DNA from: Escherichia phage LF82-41
Sequence record: PV660463
Length of the DNA stretch: 64,000 bases
Strand: one strand, 5' to 3'
The notes under the pieces: generated by a model
What the model saw: the letters and a program-made list of their open reading frames with translations, nothing else
Told to the model about the DNA's origin: nothing
Database searches by the model: none
In this document: piece after piece, positions 52,558 through 63,837 of the stretch
Layout: every line of letters starts with the position of its first letter
How positions within the stretch are numbered: the first letter of the stretch is position 1
Made by a program: the position numbers and the translations under genes

Positions 52558-55500
52558 ATGGCCGACATCAAACGTAAGTTCAGAGCCGAAGACGGTCTGG
52601 ACGCCGGTGGCGACAAGATTGTTAACGTAGCATTAGCCGACCGTACAGTAGGTACTGATGGCGTAAACGTTGACTTCCTGGTACAAGAAAACACCGTTCA
52701 AGTATATGATTCTACGCGTGGATATAACAAAGGATTTGTTGTTCTTTATGACAACCGTTTATATCAAGCAATAAATGATATCGTATCTCCTTCCGGGGCA
52801 TTTAACCTTTTACAATGGCGTGCAGTTCGTACCGATGCACAATGGATAACTGTCGCTTCTGGGACTTATCAACTTTCTTCAGGTGAATCGATTTCGGTTA
52901 ACACTGGTGCCGGCAATGATATGGTTTTCACATTGCCAAATACGCCGGTTGATGGTGATACTGTTGTTTTGGCTGATATTGGTGGAAGAACCGGGACAGT
53001 TAAAGTACAGATTAACGCGTCTGTGCAGAGTATTTTAAACTTTAGAGGTGAACAAGTTCGTACAGTTTTAATGACGCGTCCACGTTCACAACTATTGTTT
53101 GTGTTTAGTAATCGTTTGTGGCAGATGTATATTACCGATTATGGTAAAGAATCAATCACTGTTACACCTGCGACACCATATCAAGCACAAGCAAATGATT
53201 TTATCGTTCGTCGTTTTACTAGTGCAGCACCAATCAACATTACACTTCCACGTAATGCTAACAATGGTGATATAATCAGCCTAGTCGATTTAGATGGATT
53301 AAACCCACTATATCATACAATTGTTAAAACATTTGATGATACAACGTCTATTGGCGAAGTCGGGACTCATATTGCCGAAGGCAGAAATGACTCTGACGCG
53401 TTTTTTGTTTTTGATGCTTCAAATAGTTTATGGCGTATATGGGAAGGCGACCAGAAATCGCGTCTTCGTATTATCCGTGCAGATTCAAATATTCGTCCAA
53501 ATGAAGAAGTTCTTATTTTTGGCACAAATAACGCTACAGCCGGAACTATTAATCTTACGCTGCCTTCCGGAATTTTGAGTGGTGACACTGTTAAAATTTC
53601 AATGAACTACATGCGTAAAGGCCAAACAGTAAAAATTAAAGCTGCCGAAGGTGATACAATTGCTTCTTCTGTTGCATTGCTTCAGTTCCCTAAACGTTCT
53701 GAATATCCACCTGATGCTCAATGGGTCTCTGTTACTGAACTAGAATTCAATGGCACTACTTCATATGTTCCTGTATTAGAATTAGCGTATATCGAAGATA
53801 CCGTTGCTGGTACACGTTATTGGGTTGTGCAACAGAATGTCCCTACAGTAGAACGTGTTGATGCTGGAACTGATGCTACACGAGCTCGTTTAGGTGTTAT
53901 TGCTCTTGCTACTCAAGCGCAAGCAAATGTTGATTTAGAGAATACTCCAGCTAAAGAAGTGGCTATTACTCCTGAAACGTTGGCAAATCGTACAGCAACT
54001 GAAGCTCGACGTGGTATCGCTAAAATTGCTACAACAGCACAAGTTAACCAGAATTCCACAGCAACATTTGTGGACGATACTATTGTTACGCCTAAAAAAC
54101 TAAATGAGCGTACAGCAACTGAAACTCGTCGTGGTCTTGCTGAAATTGCTACTCAGGTTGAAACCGATGCTGGTCTTGATGACACAACGATTATTACACC
54201 TAAGAAATTACAGGCACGTCAGGGTTCTGAAACACTATCGGGTATAGTTAAATATGTATCAACTACTTCTGCTACACCTGCCGCGACCCGTGGAGCTGCA
54301 GGTACTAATGTTTATAATAAAGACACAACCACGTTAACTATTTCTCCTAAAGCCCTTGACCAATATAAAGCAACTTATGCTCAACAAGGTTCAGTAATTT
54401 TAGCTGTTGATAGTGAAGTAATTGCTGGTCAATCACAAGCAGGTTATTCTCACGCTGTAGTAACTCCTGAAACACTACATAAGAAAACTTCTACTGATGG
54501 ACGTATTGGTTTAATTGAAATTGCTACGCAAGCAGAAACTAATGCTGGGACTGATTATACACGTGCAGTAACGCCTAAGACGTTAAATGATAGGAAAGCT
54601 ACGGAAGGATTATCCGGCATAGCCGAAATTGCTACGCAAGTTGAATTTGATACTGGAACTGATGATACTCGTATCTCGACTCCACTGAAAATTAAAACTC
54701 ATTTTGATTCTTCTGACCGTACCAGTGTTAATTCTGATTCTGGACTTATTGAAGAAGGAACCTTGTGGAACCATTATACTCTTGATATTTCTAAAGCAAA
54801 TGAAACACAACGTGGTACACTTCGCGTAGCGACTCAGGCAGAATCTAATGCAGGAACTTTAGATGATGTTCTTATTACTCCTAAAAAGCTTTTAGGGACT
54901 AAGTCCACTGAAACGTCTGAAGGTGTAATTAAGGTTGCTACTCAGGCTGAAACTGTAACAGGAACTTCTGCTAATACCGCTGTATCTCCTAAGAATTTAA
55001 AATGGATTGTCCAGAACGAACCAACATGGGCTGCTACTACAGCAATTCGCGGATTCGTTAAAACTTCATCCGGTTCAATTACATTCGTTGGCAACGATAC
55101 TCAAGGTAGTACCCAGGATCTGAATCTTTACGAGAAAAATAGTTATGCTATTTCTCCATATGAATTAAACCGTGTACTTGCTAACTATTTGCCATTAAAA
55201 GCAAAAGCTGCTGACGCAAATTTATTAGATGGTCTAGATTCATCTCAGTTCATTCGTAGGGATATTGCACAGACGGTTAATGGTTCACTAACCTTAACCC
55301 AACAAACGAATCTGAGTGCCCCTCTTGTATCATCTAGTACTGCTACGTTTGGTGGTTCGGTATCTGCTAATAGTACATTAACTATTTCTAATACAGGTGC
55401 TTCAACTCGCTTAATATTTGAAAAAGGTCCACAAACTGGAAACAACCCTGCTCAGGCGATGAATATCCGTGTATGGGGTAACCAATTCGCCGGCGGTTCT

Positions 55501-56433
55501 GATACATCTCGTGCTACGATATTTGAAGTTGGTGATGAAACATCTAACCACTTTTATTCACAACGGGATAACCTTGGTAATATTACTTTCAGCATCAACG
55601 GTACAGTTCGGCCGATTAATGTTAATGCATCCGGAACATTGAATGCTAATGGTGCGGCAACATTCGGTCGTTCAGTTACTGCTAATGGCGAATTCATTAG
55701 CAAGTCTGCAAATGCTTTCAGAGCAATTAGCGGTGATTACGGATTCTTTATTCGTAATGATGCTGCTAATACCTATTTTATGCTTACTGCATCCGGTGAT
55801 CAGACCGGTGGATTTAATGGATTACGTCCTTTGGCTATTAATAATGCATCTGGCCAAGTAACGATTGGTGAAGGCTTAATCATTGCCAAAGGTGCTACTA
55901 TAAATTCAGGTGGTTTAACTGTTAACTCGAGAATTCGTTCTCAGGGTTCTAAAACATCTGATTTATATACCCGGGCGCCAACATCTGATACCGTAGGATT
56001 CTGGTCAATCGATATTAACGATTCAGCCACTTATAACCAGTTCCCAGGTTATTTTAAAATGGTTGAAAAAACTAATGAAGTGACTGGGCTTCCATACTTA
56101 GAACGTGGCGAAGAAGTTAAATCTCCTGGTACATTGACCCAGTTTGGTAATACACTTGATTCGCTTTACCAAGATTGGATTACTTATCCAACAACTCCAG
56201 AAGCACGTACAACCCGTTGGACTCGTACATGGCAGAAAACTAAAAATTCTTGGTCAAGTTTTGTTCAGGTATTTGATGGTGGAAACCCTCCTCAACCTTC
56301 TGATATTGGTGCTTTACCTTCTGATAATGCAACAATCGGAAACTTGACAATAAGGGATTTCTTAAGGATTGGTAATGTCCGCATTATTCCAGACCCTGTG
56401 AATAAATCTGTTAAATTTGAGTGGATTGAATAA
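52558..56433 (+). CDS. 34: long tail fibre proximal subunit gp34
   Basis: 1291 aa; internal repeated motifs; late promoter and AAGGA RBS. Confidence 0.9.
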   Translation: MADIKRKFRAEDGLDAGGDKIVNVALADRTVGTDGVNVDFLVQENTVQVYDSTRGYNKGFVVLYDNRLYQAINDIVSPSGAFNLLQWRAVRTDAQWITVASGTYQLSSGESISVNTGAGNDMVFTLPNTPVDGDTVVLADIGGRTGTVKVQINASVQSILNFRGEQVRTVLMTRPRSQLLFVFSNRLWQMYITDYGKESITVTPATPYQAQANDFIVRRFTSAAPINITLPRNANNGDIISLVDLDGLNPLYHTIVKTFDDTTSIGEVGTHIAEGRNDSDAFFVFDASNSLWRIWEGDQKSRLRIIRADSNIRPNEEVLIFGTNNATAGTINLTLPSGILSGDTVKISMNYMRKGQTVKIKAAEGDTIASSVALLQFPKRSEYPPDAQWVSVTELEFNGTTSYVPVLELAYIEDTVAGTRYWVVQQNVPTVERVDAGTDATRARLGVIALATQAQANVDLENTPAKEVAITPETLANRTATEARRGIAKIATTAQVNQNSTATFVDDTIVTPKKLNERTATETRRGLAEIATQVETDAGLDDTTIITPKKLQARQGSETLSGIVKYVSTTSATPAATRGAAGTNVYNKDTTTLTISPKALDQYKATYAQQGSVILAVDSEVIAGQSQAGYSHAVVTPETLHKKTSTDGRIGLIEIATQAETNAGTDYTRAVTPKTLNDRKATEGLSGIAEIATQVEFDTGTDDTRISTPLKIKTHFDSSDRTSVNSDSGLIEEGTLWNHYTLDISKANETQRGTLRVATQAESNAGTLDDVLITPKKLLGTKSTETSEGVIKVATQAETVTGTSANTAVSPKNLKWIVQNEPTWAATTAIRGFVKTSSGSITFVGNDTQGSTQDLNLYEKNSYAISPYELNRVLANYLPLKAKAADANLLDGLDSSQFIRRDIAQTVNGSLTLTQQTNLSAPLVSSSTATFGGSVSANSTLTISNTGASTRLIFEKGPQTGNNPAQAMNIRVWGNQFAGGSDTSRATIFEVGDETSNHFYSQRDNLGNITFSINGTVRPINVNASGTLNANGAATFGRSVTANGEFISKSANAFRAISGDYGFFIRNDAANTYFMLTASGDQTGGFNGLRPLAINNASGQVTIGEGLIIAKGATINSGGLTVNSRIRSQGSKTSDLYTRAPTSDTVGFWSIDINDSATYNQFPGYFKMVEKTNEVTGLPYLERGEEVKSPGTLTQFGNTLDSLYQDWITYPTTPEARTTRWTRTWQKTKNSWSSFVQVFDGGNPPQPSDIGALPSDNATIGNLTIRDFLRIGNVRIIPDPVNKSVKFEWIE

Positions 56434-56441
56434 GAGGTATT

Positions 56442-57569
56442 ATGGAAAAATTTATGGCTAAGTTTGGACAAGGATACGTCCAAACGCCATTTTTATCGGA
56501 AAGCAATTCAGTACGATTTAAATTAAGCATAGCGGGCTCTTGTCCGCTATCAACATCTCCTGCTTATATTAAGTTCCAGGATAATCCACTTGGGTCCCAG
56601 GTTTTTTCTGTTGGATTAAACGTTCGTGTAATAAATCCTACAACAGGTGCAGTAGTTGAATCTAAGTCATATAATTTCTCTACTGAAAACGACGCCACGT
56701 CAAGTGCATTTGTTACTTTCATGGACACATACGCTTCAAATTTTATATTTGCTCTTGTTACTAACGCTAAAACAAACTTTCCGCCAGAAGTTCTTGCATG
56801 GTTTACCAAAGCTGGGAGTTCTGCTATTCCATTAGCTCAACAAGTTTTAAATATAGTGGACATTTCTTATTCGGCATTTTATATTTCTGGTAAGAATGCT
56901 ATAGCGCTAGAACATATTAAGTATAGTAATAAGAAAACTTCAACCGACTATAGTACACCACTTGATGTTGTGTACGACACGATCGATGATATTGGTGCGA
57001 CCGGCTTCCCTAGACGTACGTATGAATCGACAGACACATTTTTATCTGCTGTTGGAGGTACTAATAACGAAATTAAAAGGATGCCTACAACATCCATTAT
57101 TACACCTCTCGCTGGGTATAAATTGAAGCCTGGAGATTTCCTTTATATGAAATTCCAACTAATGGCTGATGCCGATTTGTTAGCACAAGGGACGACACGA
57201 CTTTCTATTCGTTTCTTTAAATCTCCTTCTACTTCACCTATTTCATTTAAGGATACAAACTTTGATGGGGCTGCAGGTGAATGGAAGATATATGAAGACT
57301 ACATAGAAATTCCTGCTGGTGCTGACGGGTTCACGATTTATTGTTATCGTACAGCTCCAGTCGGGCAAGGTGGATTAAGAAACGTTATATTCACTGAAGT
57401 ATCATGTAATGGAAGCGTTTCAAAACCTGCTGAGTTTGGTATAAATGGTATTCGTGTAAATTATGTTTCAGAATCTTTAAGTGCTCCAGACATAATGACA
57501 TTACCTACTCAATCTTCAACTGATACTGGTAAGGTATTTGGACAAGAATTTAAAGAAGCATCAGAATAA
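56442..57569 (+). CDS. 35: long tail fibre hinge connector gp35
   Basis: 375 aa; synteny 34-35-36-37. Confidence 0.85.
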   Translation: MEKFMAKFGQGYVQTPFLSESNSVRFKLSIAGSCPLSTSPAYIKFQDNPLGSQVFSVGLNVRVINPTTGAVVESKSYNFSTENDATSSAFVTFMDTYASNFIFALVTNAKTNFPPEVLAWFTKAGSSAIPLAQQVLNIVDISYSAFYISGKNAIALEHIKYSNKKTSTDYSTPLDVVYDTIDDIGATGFPRRTYESTDTFLSAVGGTNNEIKRMPTTSIITPLAGYKLKPGDFLYMKFQLMADADLLAQGTTRLSIRFFKSPSTSPISFKDTNFDGAAGEWKIYEDYIEIPAGADGFTIYCYRTAPVGQGGLRNVIFTEVSCNGSVSKPAEFGINGIRVNYVSESLSAPDIMTLPTQSSTDTGKVFGQEFKEASE

Positions 57570-57574
57570 ATTTA

Positions 57575-57592
57575 GGGAGACTTCGGTCTCCC
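57575..57592 (+). terminator. rho-independent terminator after gene 35
   Basis: GGGAGAC-TTCG-GTCTCCC followed by ATTTTTG. Confidence 0.75.
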
Positions 57593-57599
57593 ATTTTTG

Positions 57600-57607
57600 T
57601 ATAAATA
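57600..57607 (+). promoter_or_regulatory. late promoter TATAAATA (genes 36-37)
   Basis: Exact TATAAATA right after gene 35 terminator. Confidence 0.7.
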
Positions 57608-57631
57608 TGGTATACATATAAGGAGACAACT

Positions 57632-58297
57632 ATGGCCGATTTAAAAGCTGGTAGTACAACTGGCGGTGCCGTTATATGGCATCAAGGTAATTTCCCTTTA
57701 ATGCCAGCAGGTGATGACGTCCTGTATAAAACGTTTAAACTCTATTCAGAATATAATAAACCAAAAGCGGCTGATAACGATTTCGTTTCTAAAGCTAATG
57801 GTGGTACGTATGCATCAAAGGTAACATTTAACGGCGGCGTTCAAGTCCCGTATGCTGTAAACAACACAAACCCGTGCGGTATTTATCCAGGTAACGGTGA
57901 TAATGCTACTTTTGCTGTAGCAAATATCGATATTGTTTCATGGAATGGTATTGGTTTTAAATCATCGCAAGGTTCAGCAGCCCGAACTGTTGTAATTAAT
58001 GCACGTAATGGTGATATTAATACAAAAGGTGTTGTGTCTGCGGCAGGTCAAGTAAGAAGTGATGCAGCTGCTCCTATAGCAGCGAATGACCTTACTAGAA
58101 AGGACTATGTTGATGGACGAATAAATATTGTTACGGATAACGCAAATTCCCGTGTATTGCGTAAAGGCGATACCATGACTGGTACTTTAACAGCACCAAA
58201 CTTTTTCTCACAGAATCCGGCGTCTGAGGCTAATCATGTTCCTCGTTTCGACCAGATTGTAATTAAAGATTCTGTTCAAGATTTCGGCTATTATTAA
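57632..58297 (+). CDS. 36: long tail fibre distal connector gp36
   Basis: 221 aa as in T4 gp36; late promoter upstream. Confidence 0.85.
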   Translation: MADLKAGSTTGGAVIWHQGNFPLMPAGDDVLYKTFKLYSEYNKPKAADNDFVSKANGGTYASKVTFNGGVQVPYAVNNTNPCGIYPGNGDNATFAVANIDIVSWNGIGFKSSQGSAARTVVINARNGDINTKGVVSAAGQVRSDAAAPIAANDLTRKDYVDGRINIVTDNANSRVLRKGDTMTGTLTAPNFFSQNPASEANHVPRFDQIVIKDSVQDFGYY

Positions 58298-58305
58298 GAG
58301 GACTT

Positions 58306-61300
58306 ATGGCTACATTAAAACAGATACAATTTAAAAGAAGCAAAGTAGCAGGAGTTAATCCTACTGCAGCACAATTAGCCGAAGGCGAATTAGCGATAAA
58401 CTTAAAAGATCGAACTCTTTTTACTAAAGACGACCTCGGTAATATTATTAGCCTAGGCTTTGCTAAGGGCGGGCAAGTTGACGGCAACGTTACTATTAAC
58501 GGACTTTTGAGATTAAATGGCGATTATGTACAAACAGGTGGAATGACTGTAAACGGACCAATTGGTTCTACTGACGGCGTAACTGCAAAAGTTTTCAGAT
58601 CTACACAGGGTTCGTTTTATACAAGAGCATCAAACGATACTGCAAATGCTCATTTATGGTTTGAAAATACAAATGGATCAGAACGTGGCGTTTTATATTC
58701 AAAACCACAGTCTGAAAATGAAGGCGTAATTACAATGCGTGTTCGTCAAGGAACCGCTGCGGGAGCTCAAAATTCAGAATTTCATTTCATTTCTACTGAT
58801 GGCGGTATCTTCCAGGCACGTAAGTTAACTGCTTTAACTTCTATTAGTACACCAACTATTAGTGTTAATTTAATTAATCATGATTCTAAATCATTTGGAC
58901 AATACGATTCACAATCATTAGTTAACTATGTATACCCAGGCACCGGTGAAACGAATGGTGTAAACTATCTTCGTAGAGTTCGTGCCAAATCCGGTGGTAC
59001 AATGTATCATGAAATTGCTACTGCACAAACAGACCAGGCTGATGAAGTTTCTTGGTGGTCTGGTAATACACCATCATTTAAATTATATGGTATTCGTAAT
59101 GACGGCCGAATGATCGTCCGCAATAGCGTAGCCATCGGGACCGTGACTGCAGGATACCCGTCAAGCGACTATGGTAATGGTGCCGCTTTAGGATTCGGTG
59201 TTTATTTAGCTCTAGGCGATAACGGGACGGGGCTATCATACAAAAAAACCGGTGTTTATGATTTAGTTGGCGGTGGATATTCTGTTGCTTCTATTACTCC
59301 TGACAGTTTACGTAGTACTCGTAAAGGTATATTTGGTCGTTCCGAGGACCAAGGCGCATCGTGGATAATGCCTGGAATTAACGCGGCATTATTAAGCGTT
59401 CAAACACAAGCAGATAATAACAATGCAGGTGACGGCCAAACCCATATTGGTTATAATTCCGGCGGGAAAATGTCTCACTATTTTCGTGGCGCTGGCCTGA
59501 TGAATATCAACACCCAACAAGGTATGGAAGTCAATCCAGGTGTTTTAAAATTGACTACTGGTCCTAATAATGTTATATTTTATGCTGATGGGGGCATTAC
59601 ATCAACTAAGCAACTTTCAGTTTATAACGGTGTTTATTTAGCGGCTAATAACTCTACAGCAGGTTTAACTTTTGCACCTACAACTACTATTGACGGCACT
59701 AAGCAAATTCTCTGGGAAGGCGGTACTCGCGCAGGACAGAACAAAAGTTATGTGACCATGAAAGCATGGGGTAACTCATTTAATGCCACCGGTGATAAAG
59801 CTCGTGAAACAGTATTTGAGGTTTCTGATGGACAAGGTTATTATTTCTATTCTCAACGCGTAGCTCCGACTGGTTCTGAAACTACTGGTCCTGTTATAAC
59901 TCAGTTCAATGGGCAAGTTAATGCTAATGGAAGTATTAATACCGCAGGAAGTCTTAAAGTTGATGGGCTAAGCACTTTAACCGGCAACGTTACCATGAAT
60001 AACGGTTTGTTTGTTCAAGGTGGGGCCTCAATTACAGGACAGGTTAAAATCGGTGGAACTGCAGATGCCTTCCGTATTTACAATGCGGAATATGGAGCTA
60101 TTTTCCGTCGTTCTGAAGCGGCATTGCATATTATCCCTACACTTAAAGATGCAGGTGAAAGTGGTGGTATTTCTAACCTTCGTCCATTGAGTATTTCTCT
60201 TAACAACGGAATGGTTCAAATGCGTCATTCTGTTACATTGGGTGATGATGGCGCTGGCGGTAATATGGTCACCGTAGACAATGATACAAAACTCGTTGTG
60301 TTGACCACCAATTCGCGTATAAGTCCTAATTTCCGTATGCAAATAGGACAATCGGCATATATCGACGCTGAATGTACTGATACTGCACGACCTGCTGGAG
60401 CTGGTTCATTTGTCTCGCAAAATAATGAAAATGTTCGTGCCCCATTCTACATGAATATTAATCGTACAGATACAAGTACTTACGTTCCTATTTTGAAACA
60501 ACGATATGTCCAGGGCGATAGTTGTTATTCTTTGGGTACATTAATTAGTACGGGTGATTTTAGAATTCACTATCATGAAGGCGGTGATAATGATTCAACA
60601 GGTCCACAAAAGGCGGATTTAGCATGGCAATTTAGACGTGATGGCTCGTTCCGTTCACCTAATAAAATTGAAATTAATACCGTTATAATTGGTACTGATG
60701 GTAATATCACAGGTGGTACTGGTAACTTTGCTAACCTAAATACGACGATAAATAGTCTTAAGACGGATATCATCTCTAGTTATCCGATTGGTGCTCCGAT
60801 TCCATGGCCAACTGATACACCTCCTGTGGGTTATGCTATTATGGAAGGCCAGACGTTTGATACTGACTTGTATCCTAAGTTAGCTGCGGTGTATACTTCA
60901 GGAACTATTCCTGATATGCGTGGACAAACTATTAAAGGTAAACCGAGTGGTCGTGCAGTGTTGAGTACAGAAGCAGATGGTGTTAAATCTCATACCCATA
61001 GTGCTTCTTCTAACTCGGTTGATCTAGGTACAAAAACGACGTCAAGTTTTGACTATGGTACTAAGACGACAAGTAGTTTCGACTACGGTACTAAAACGAG
61101 TAATAATACTGGTGCGCATACACATAGTCTGAGCGGTTCCACAAACTCAACCGGCGCTCATGCTCACACAGATGGTTTAAGGATGAACAGTAGTGGTTGG
61201 AGCCAATACGGAACAGTAACCATTCCGGCAAGTGTATCCACGGTTAAAGGAACCAACCAGCAGGGAGCTGGTTATTGTTCGAAAACAGACAGTCAGGGCA

Positions 61301-61515
61301 ACCACAGTCACTCTTTATCTGGTACTGCTGCAAGTGCAGGAGCACATGCACATACAGTCGGTATAGGTGCTCATACACATACAGTCGGTATAGGTGCTCA
61401 CACGCATACAGTCGCTTTAGGTTCACATAGTCACACAATAACAGTTAACGCAACAGGTAATACAGAGAACACCGTTAAAAACGTTGCATTTAACTATATC
61501 GTTCGTTTAGCTTAA
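58306..61515 (+). CDS. 37: long tail fibre distal subunit gp37 (receptor-binding tip)
   Basis: 1069 aa; C-terminal His-x-His repeats (GAHTHS, GAHAHT, GSHSHT) and tandem repeats. Confidence 0.9.
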   Translation: MATLKQIQFKRSKVAGVNPTAAQLAEGELAINLKDRTLFTKDDLGNIISLGFAKGGQVDGNVTINGLLRLNGDYVQTGGMTVNGPIGSTDGVTAKVFRSTQGSFYTRASNDTANAHLWFENTNGSERGVLYSKPQSENEGVITMRVRQGTAAGAQNSEFHFISTDGGIFQARKLTALTSISTPTISVNLINHDSKSFGQYDSQSLVNYVYPGTGETNGVNYLRRVRAKSGGTMYHEIATAQTDQADEVSWWSGNTPSFKLYGIRNDGRMIVRNSVAIGTVTAGYPSSDYGNGAALGFGVYLALGDNGTGLSYKKTGVYDLVGGGYSVASITPDSLRSTRKGIFGRSEDQGASWIMPGINAALLSVQTQADNNNAGDGQTHIGYNSGGKMSHYFRGAGLMNINTQQGMEVNPGVLKLTTGPNNVIFYADGGITSTKQLSVYNGVYLAANNSTAGLTFAPTTTIDGTKQILWEGGTRAGQNKSYVTMKAWGNSFNATGDKARETVFEVSDGQGYYFYSQRVAPTGSETTGPVITQFNGQVNANGSINTAGSLKVDGLSTLTGNVTMNNGLFVQGGASITGQVKIGGTADAFRIYNAEYGAIFRRSEAALHIIPTLKDAGESGGISNLRPLSISLNNGMVQMRHSVTLGDDGAGGNMVTVDNDTKLVVLTTNSRISPNFRMQIGQSAYIDAECTDTARPAGAGSFVSQNNENVRAPFYMNINRTDTSTYVPILKQRYVQGDSCYSLGTLISTGDFRIHYHEGGDNDSTGPQKADLAWQFRRDGSFRSPNKIEINTVIIGTDGNITGGTGNFANLNTTINSLKTDIISSYPIGAPIPWPTDTPPVGYAIMEGQTFDTDLYPKLAAVYTSGTIPDMRGQTIKGKPSGRAVLSTEADGVKSHTHSASSNSVDLGTKTTSSFDYGTKTTSSFDYGTKTSNNTGAHTHSLSGSTNSTGAHAHTDGLRMNSSGWSQYGTVTIPASVSTVKGTNQQGAGYCSKTDSQGNHSHSLSGTAASAGAHAHTVGIGAHTHTVGIGAHTHTVALGSHSHTITVNATGNTENTVKNVAFNYIVRLA
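61027..61107 (+). repeat. tandem 30-bp coding repeat (x2.7) in gp37
   Basis: Encodes [27 protein letters not shown]; copies differ at synonymous and nearby sites. Confidence 0.85.
61351..61431 (+). repeat. tandem 27-bp coding repeat (x3) in gp37 His-box region
   Basis: Encodes [27 protein letters not shown]. Confidence 0.85.
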
Positions 61516-61520
61516 GGAGA

Positions 61521-61534
61521 GGGCCTTCGGGCCC
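61521..61534 (+). terminator. terminator-like hairpin after gene 37
   Basis: GGGCC-TTCG-GGCCC followed by TTTATAAT. Confidence 0.55.
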
Positions 61535-61543
61535 TTTATAATA

Positions 61544-62095
61544 ATGAAAATTTACCACTACTATTTTGACACTAAAGAATTTTATAAAGAAGAAACATAT
61601 AAACCTGTTAAAGGCGTTGGACTCCCGGCGCATTCTACAACTAAAAAACCACTTGATCCTAAAGAAGGATATGCGATTGTTTTTGACGAACTCATTCAAG
61701 ATTGGATTTATGAAGAAGATCATCGCGGTAAACTAGCTTGGACCTTCGATAAACAACCCGTTAAAATTGATAGTATAGGAAGCTTACAGGGTGCAACATT
61801 TGATGAGCCTGGCGAGTTTGATCTTTGGATAGATGGCGGCTGGAAAGAGGATGAGTGTTATAAACGTTTGACTCTTAGAAATAGAAAACTTGATCAACTT
61901 TTTAAAGAGTACCAAGTCTTGTCTAATTTGGTTGAAGCTTCTGTTGCAAATAAAGACGAGAAATTCTATTACCAGAATCTTAAACGTTTCTTTGCTCTTT
62001 ATGAAAAGCATGAGCATTTAGGTGGCGAATTCCCGGCATGGCCAGAAAAAGAACGAAAATCATTTTTTAAAAGAGTGATAAATATCTTCAGATAA
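61544..62095 (+). CDS. 38: tail fibre assembly chaperone gp38 (T4 type)
   Basis: 183 aa; N-terminus MKIYHYYFDTKEFYKEE matches T4 gp38 as recalled. Confidence 0.9.
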   Translation: MKIYHYYFDTKEFYKEETYKPVKGVGLPAHSTTKKPLDPKEGYAIVFDELIQDWIYEEDHRGKLAWTFDKQPVKIDSIGSLQGATFDEPGEFDLWIDGGWKEDECYKRLTLRNRKLDQLFKEYQVLSNLVEASVANKDEKFYYQNLKRFFALYEKHEHLGGEFPAWPEKERKSFFKRVINIFR

Positions 62096-62105
62096 AGGAG
62101 GTATT

Positions 62106-62765
62106 ATGGCAACACCAAAAGTGTCATTTTCGCCTAGTGATATTCTATTTGGGTTGCTAGATCGTATTTTCAAAGATAACGCTACTGGAAAGGTTTTAAT
62201 GTCCCGAGTAGCGGTAATTATTCTTTTGTTCCTAATGGCACTAATATGGTACAAAGGAAGTATTTTGCTGGATTATTATGTAAGATCTAAGTATGATACT
62301 TATACTGAAATAATCCAAAAAGAACGAGCTTTACGTTTTGAATCTGCGGCTCTAGAACAACTGCAAATAGTTCATATCTCTTCCGGTGCAGATTTTAGTG
62401 CTGTGTATTCTTTCAGACCTAAAAACTTAAATTATTTCGTCGACCTTATAGCTTATGAAGGCAAACTGCCTAGCACAATTTCTGAAAAGTCCCTTGGTGG
62501 ATTCCCAGTAGATAAAACGGCCAATGAATATATAATTCATTTAAGTGGCCGTCATTTCTCGTCTAAATCAGAATTTGCATTTTTGCCTACAAAATCTAAG
62601 ACTGCCGAACTTTCTTATATGTATAGTTGTCCATACTTTAATTTGGATAACATCTACGCTGGAACTGTGACGATGTATTGGTATAAGGGGAGTAATATAC
62701 TTGAGGAAGATCGCTTAGCGGCTATATGCAACCAAGCGGTCCGAATACTAGGAAGGGCTAAATAA
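62106..62765 (+). CDS. t: holin T
   Basis: 219 aa; single TM segment plus large periplasmic domain; T4 T-like sequence; AAGGAGG RBS. Confidence 0.9.
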   Translation: MATPKVSFSPSDILFGLLDRIFKDNATGKVLMSRVAVIILLFLMALIWYKGSILLDYYVRSKYDTYTEIIQKERALRFESAALEQLQIVHISSGADFSAVYSFRPKNLNYFVDLIAYEGKLPSTISEKSLGGFPVDKTANEYIIHLSGRHFSSKSEFAFLPTKSKTAELSYMYSCPYFNLDNIYAGTVTMYWYKGSNILEEDRLAAICNQAVRILGRAK

Positions 62766-63038
62766 TTAGTTGTTAGAATACATCGCTAAATGACGATAAA
62801 TATTTTCAAAACCTTCATTGAATTCACTAATCAGTGTTTTCTTTTCTTCGGCAGTTAAATTTGTAATTAGTTTTCTGAACGAATTCTGATTTAGCTGCCG
62901 ACCATCTTTTTTAATTCCAATCTCATTCAAGAATCCGATGAAACTTGCTCGGTCTTCAACAATATCTTCCCTAGAGAATTTAATCAAAATAGAAGCAATA
63001 GTAATAATTTCACGTACAATTTCAATATCTTTATTCAT
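62766..63038 (-). CDS. asiA: anti-sigma-70 protein AsiA
   Basis: 90 aa; MNKDIEIVREIITIASILIKFSREDIVE matches T4 AsiA as recalled. Confidence 0.9.
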   Translation of the reverse strand: MNKDIEIVREIITIASILIKFSREDIVEDRASFIGFLNEIGIKKDGRQLNQNSFRKLITNLTAEEKKTLISEFNEGFENIYRHLAMYSNN

Positions 63039-63084
63039 AACGTTTTATTCATTCCACTTAGTTGATATGGATATAGTACCATTA

Positions 63085-63246
63085 TCAGTGTTGATTGTAA
63101 ACGGCTTTTTCTACGCTTTTAACGTAATCAATGTAGTCTTCCTGTTCGTACGAGTGTAAGACCAAGAACGAGGCTAATAGTTCATTATAGACTAAAGCCT
63201 CACGCTCACGTTCGGCCTCTACTACGTTCTGAAGATTATGACTCAT
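63085..63246 (-). CDS. hypothetical small protein, 53 aa
   Basis: ATG at 63246 with AAGGAA RBS; track ORF extends to 63300. Confidence 0.4.
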   Translation of the reverse strand: MSHNLQNVVEAEREREALVYNELLASFLVLHSYEQEDYIDYVKSVEKAVYNQH

Positions 63247-63448
63247 ATTGTTCCTTATAACTATCAATGTAGTCCTGTATGTCGAAGAATGACATTTCAT
63301 ATTCTAGGGCATTAAGAGCCCGTTCTTCAGTATAGTCAGAACCAAAGACGATAGTGATTTCACCAGGCTTCATATGATTGAAATCGACACTAAAAGGAAT
63401 ACGAGAACATACTTCGTCTGCCATATCTACGATAACACTACGACACAC
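63236..63448 (-). CDS. hypothetical protein; in frame with an upstream 17-codon ORF across a TAA stop
   Basis: Track ORF starts at GTG 63448; first internal ATG at 63424 lacks a clear RBS. Confidence 0.4.
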   Translation of the reverse strand: MCRSVIVDMADEVCSRIPFSVDFNHMKPGEITIVFGSDYTEERALNALEYEMSFFDIQDYIDSYKEQYES

Positions 63449-63618
63449 TTCTCGGTTAACCTGATAAAGCTCTGCAAGTTCTTAACAACGAATAACAAGT
63501 TCAGTGGCAGGATTTTCTTTGATTTTAGTAAACATAGTCTTTACCCTTATGTTTTTGTTTGCGTTTAGATTGAAGTTCTGATTTCTTCTTGTCCTTATGG
63601 ACAGAAGCCTTATTGAAA

Positions 63619-63837
63619 TCATGTTTTGCTACAAGATTGTTCATAATGATTTATAACCTCATTTAAACATTTGTCTGTGAAAGAAAACTTTTTAGCCACA
63701 GAACATTCGATAATGTGCTCTTTCAAATCTTTAGAGTCAGTATATCCCATCTCAGTAATAAAGTGGCGAATTAAAGCTTTATTCTTATCATTAACAGAAT
63801 TAAAATAATCTGCTTTAGAATCAATTATTCTCATCAT
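63619..63837 (-). CDS. hypothetical protein, 72 aa
   Basis: ORF-track ORF; ATG start overlapping upstream stop. Confidence 0.5.
   Translation of the reverse strand: MMRIIDSKADYFNSVNDKNKALIRHFITEMGYTDSKDLKEHIIECSVAKKFSFTDKCLNEVINHYEQSCSKT

Noticed and set aside
61027-61431. CRISPR-like array
   Set aside because: The only tandem repeats are short in-frame coding repeats inside gp37 with no spacer-repeat architecture and no cas genes.
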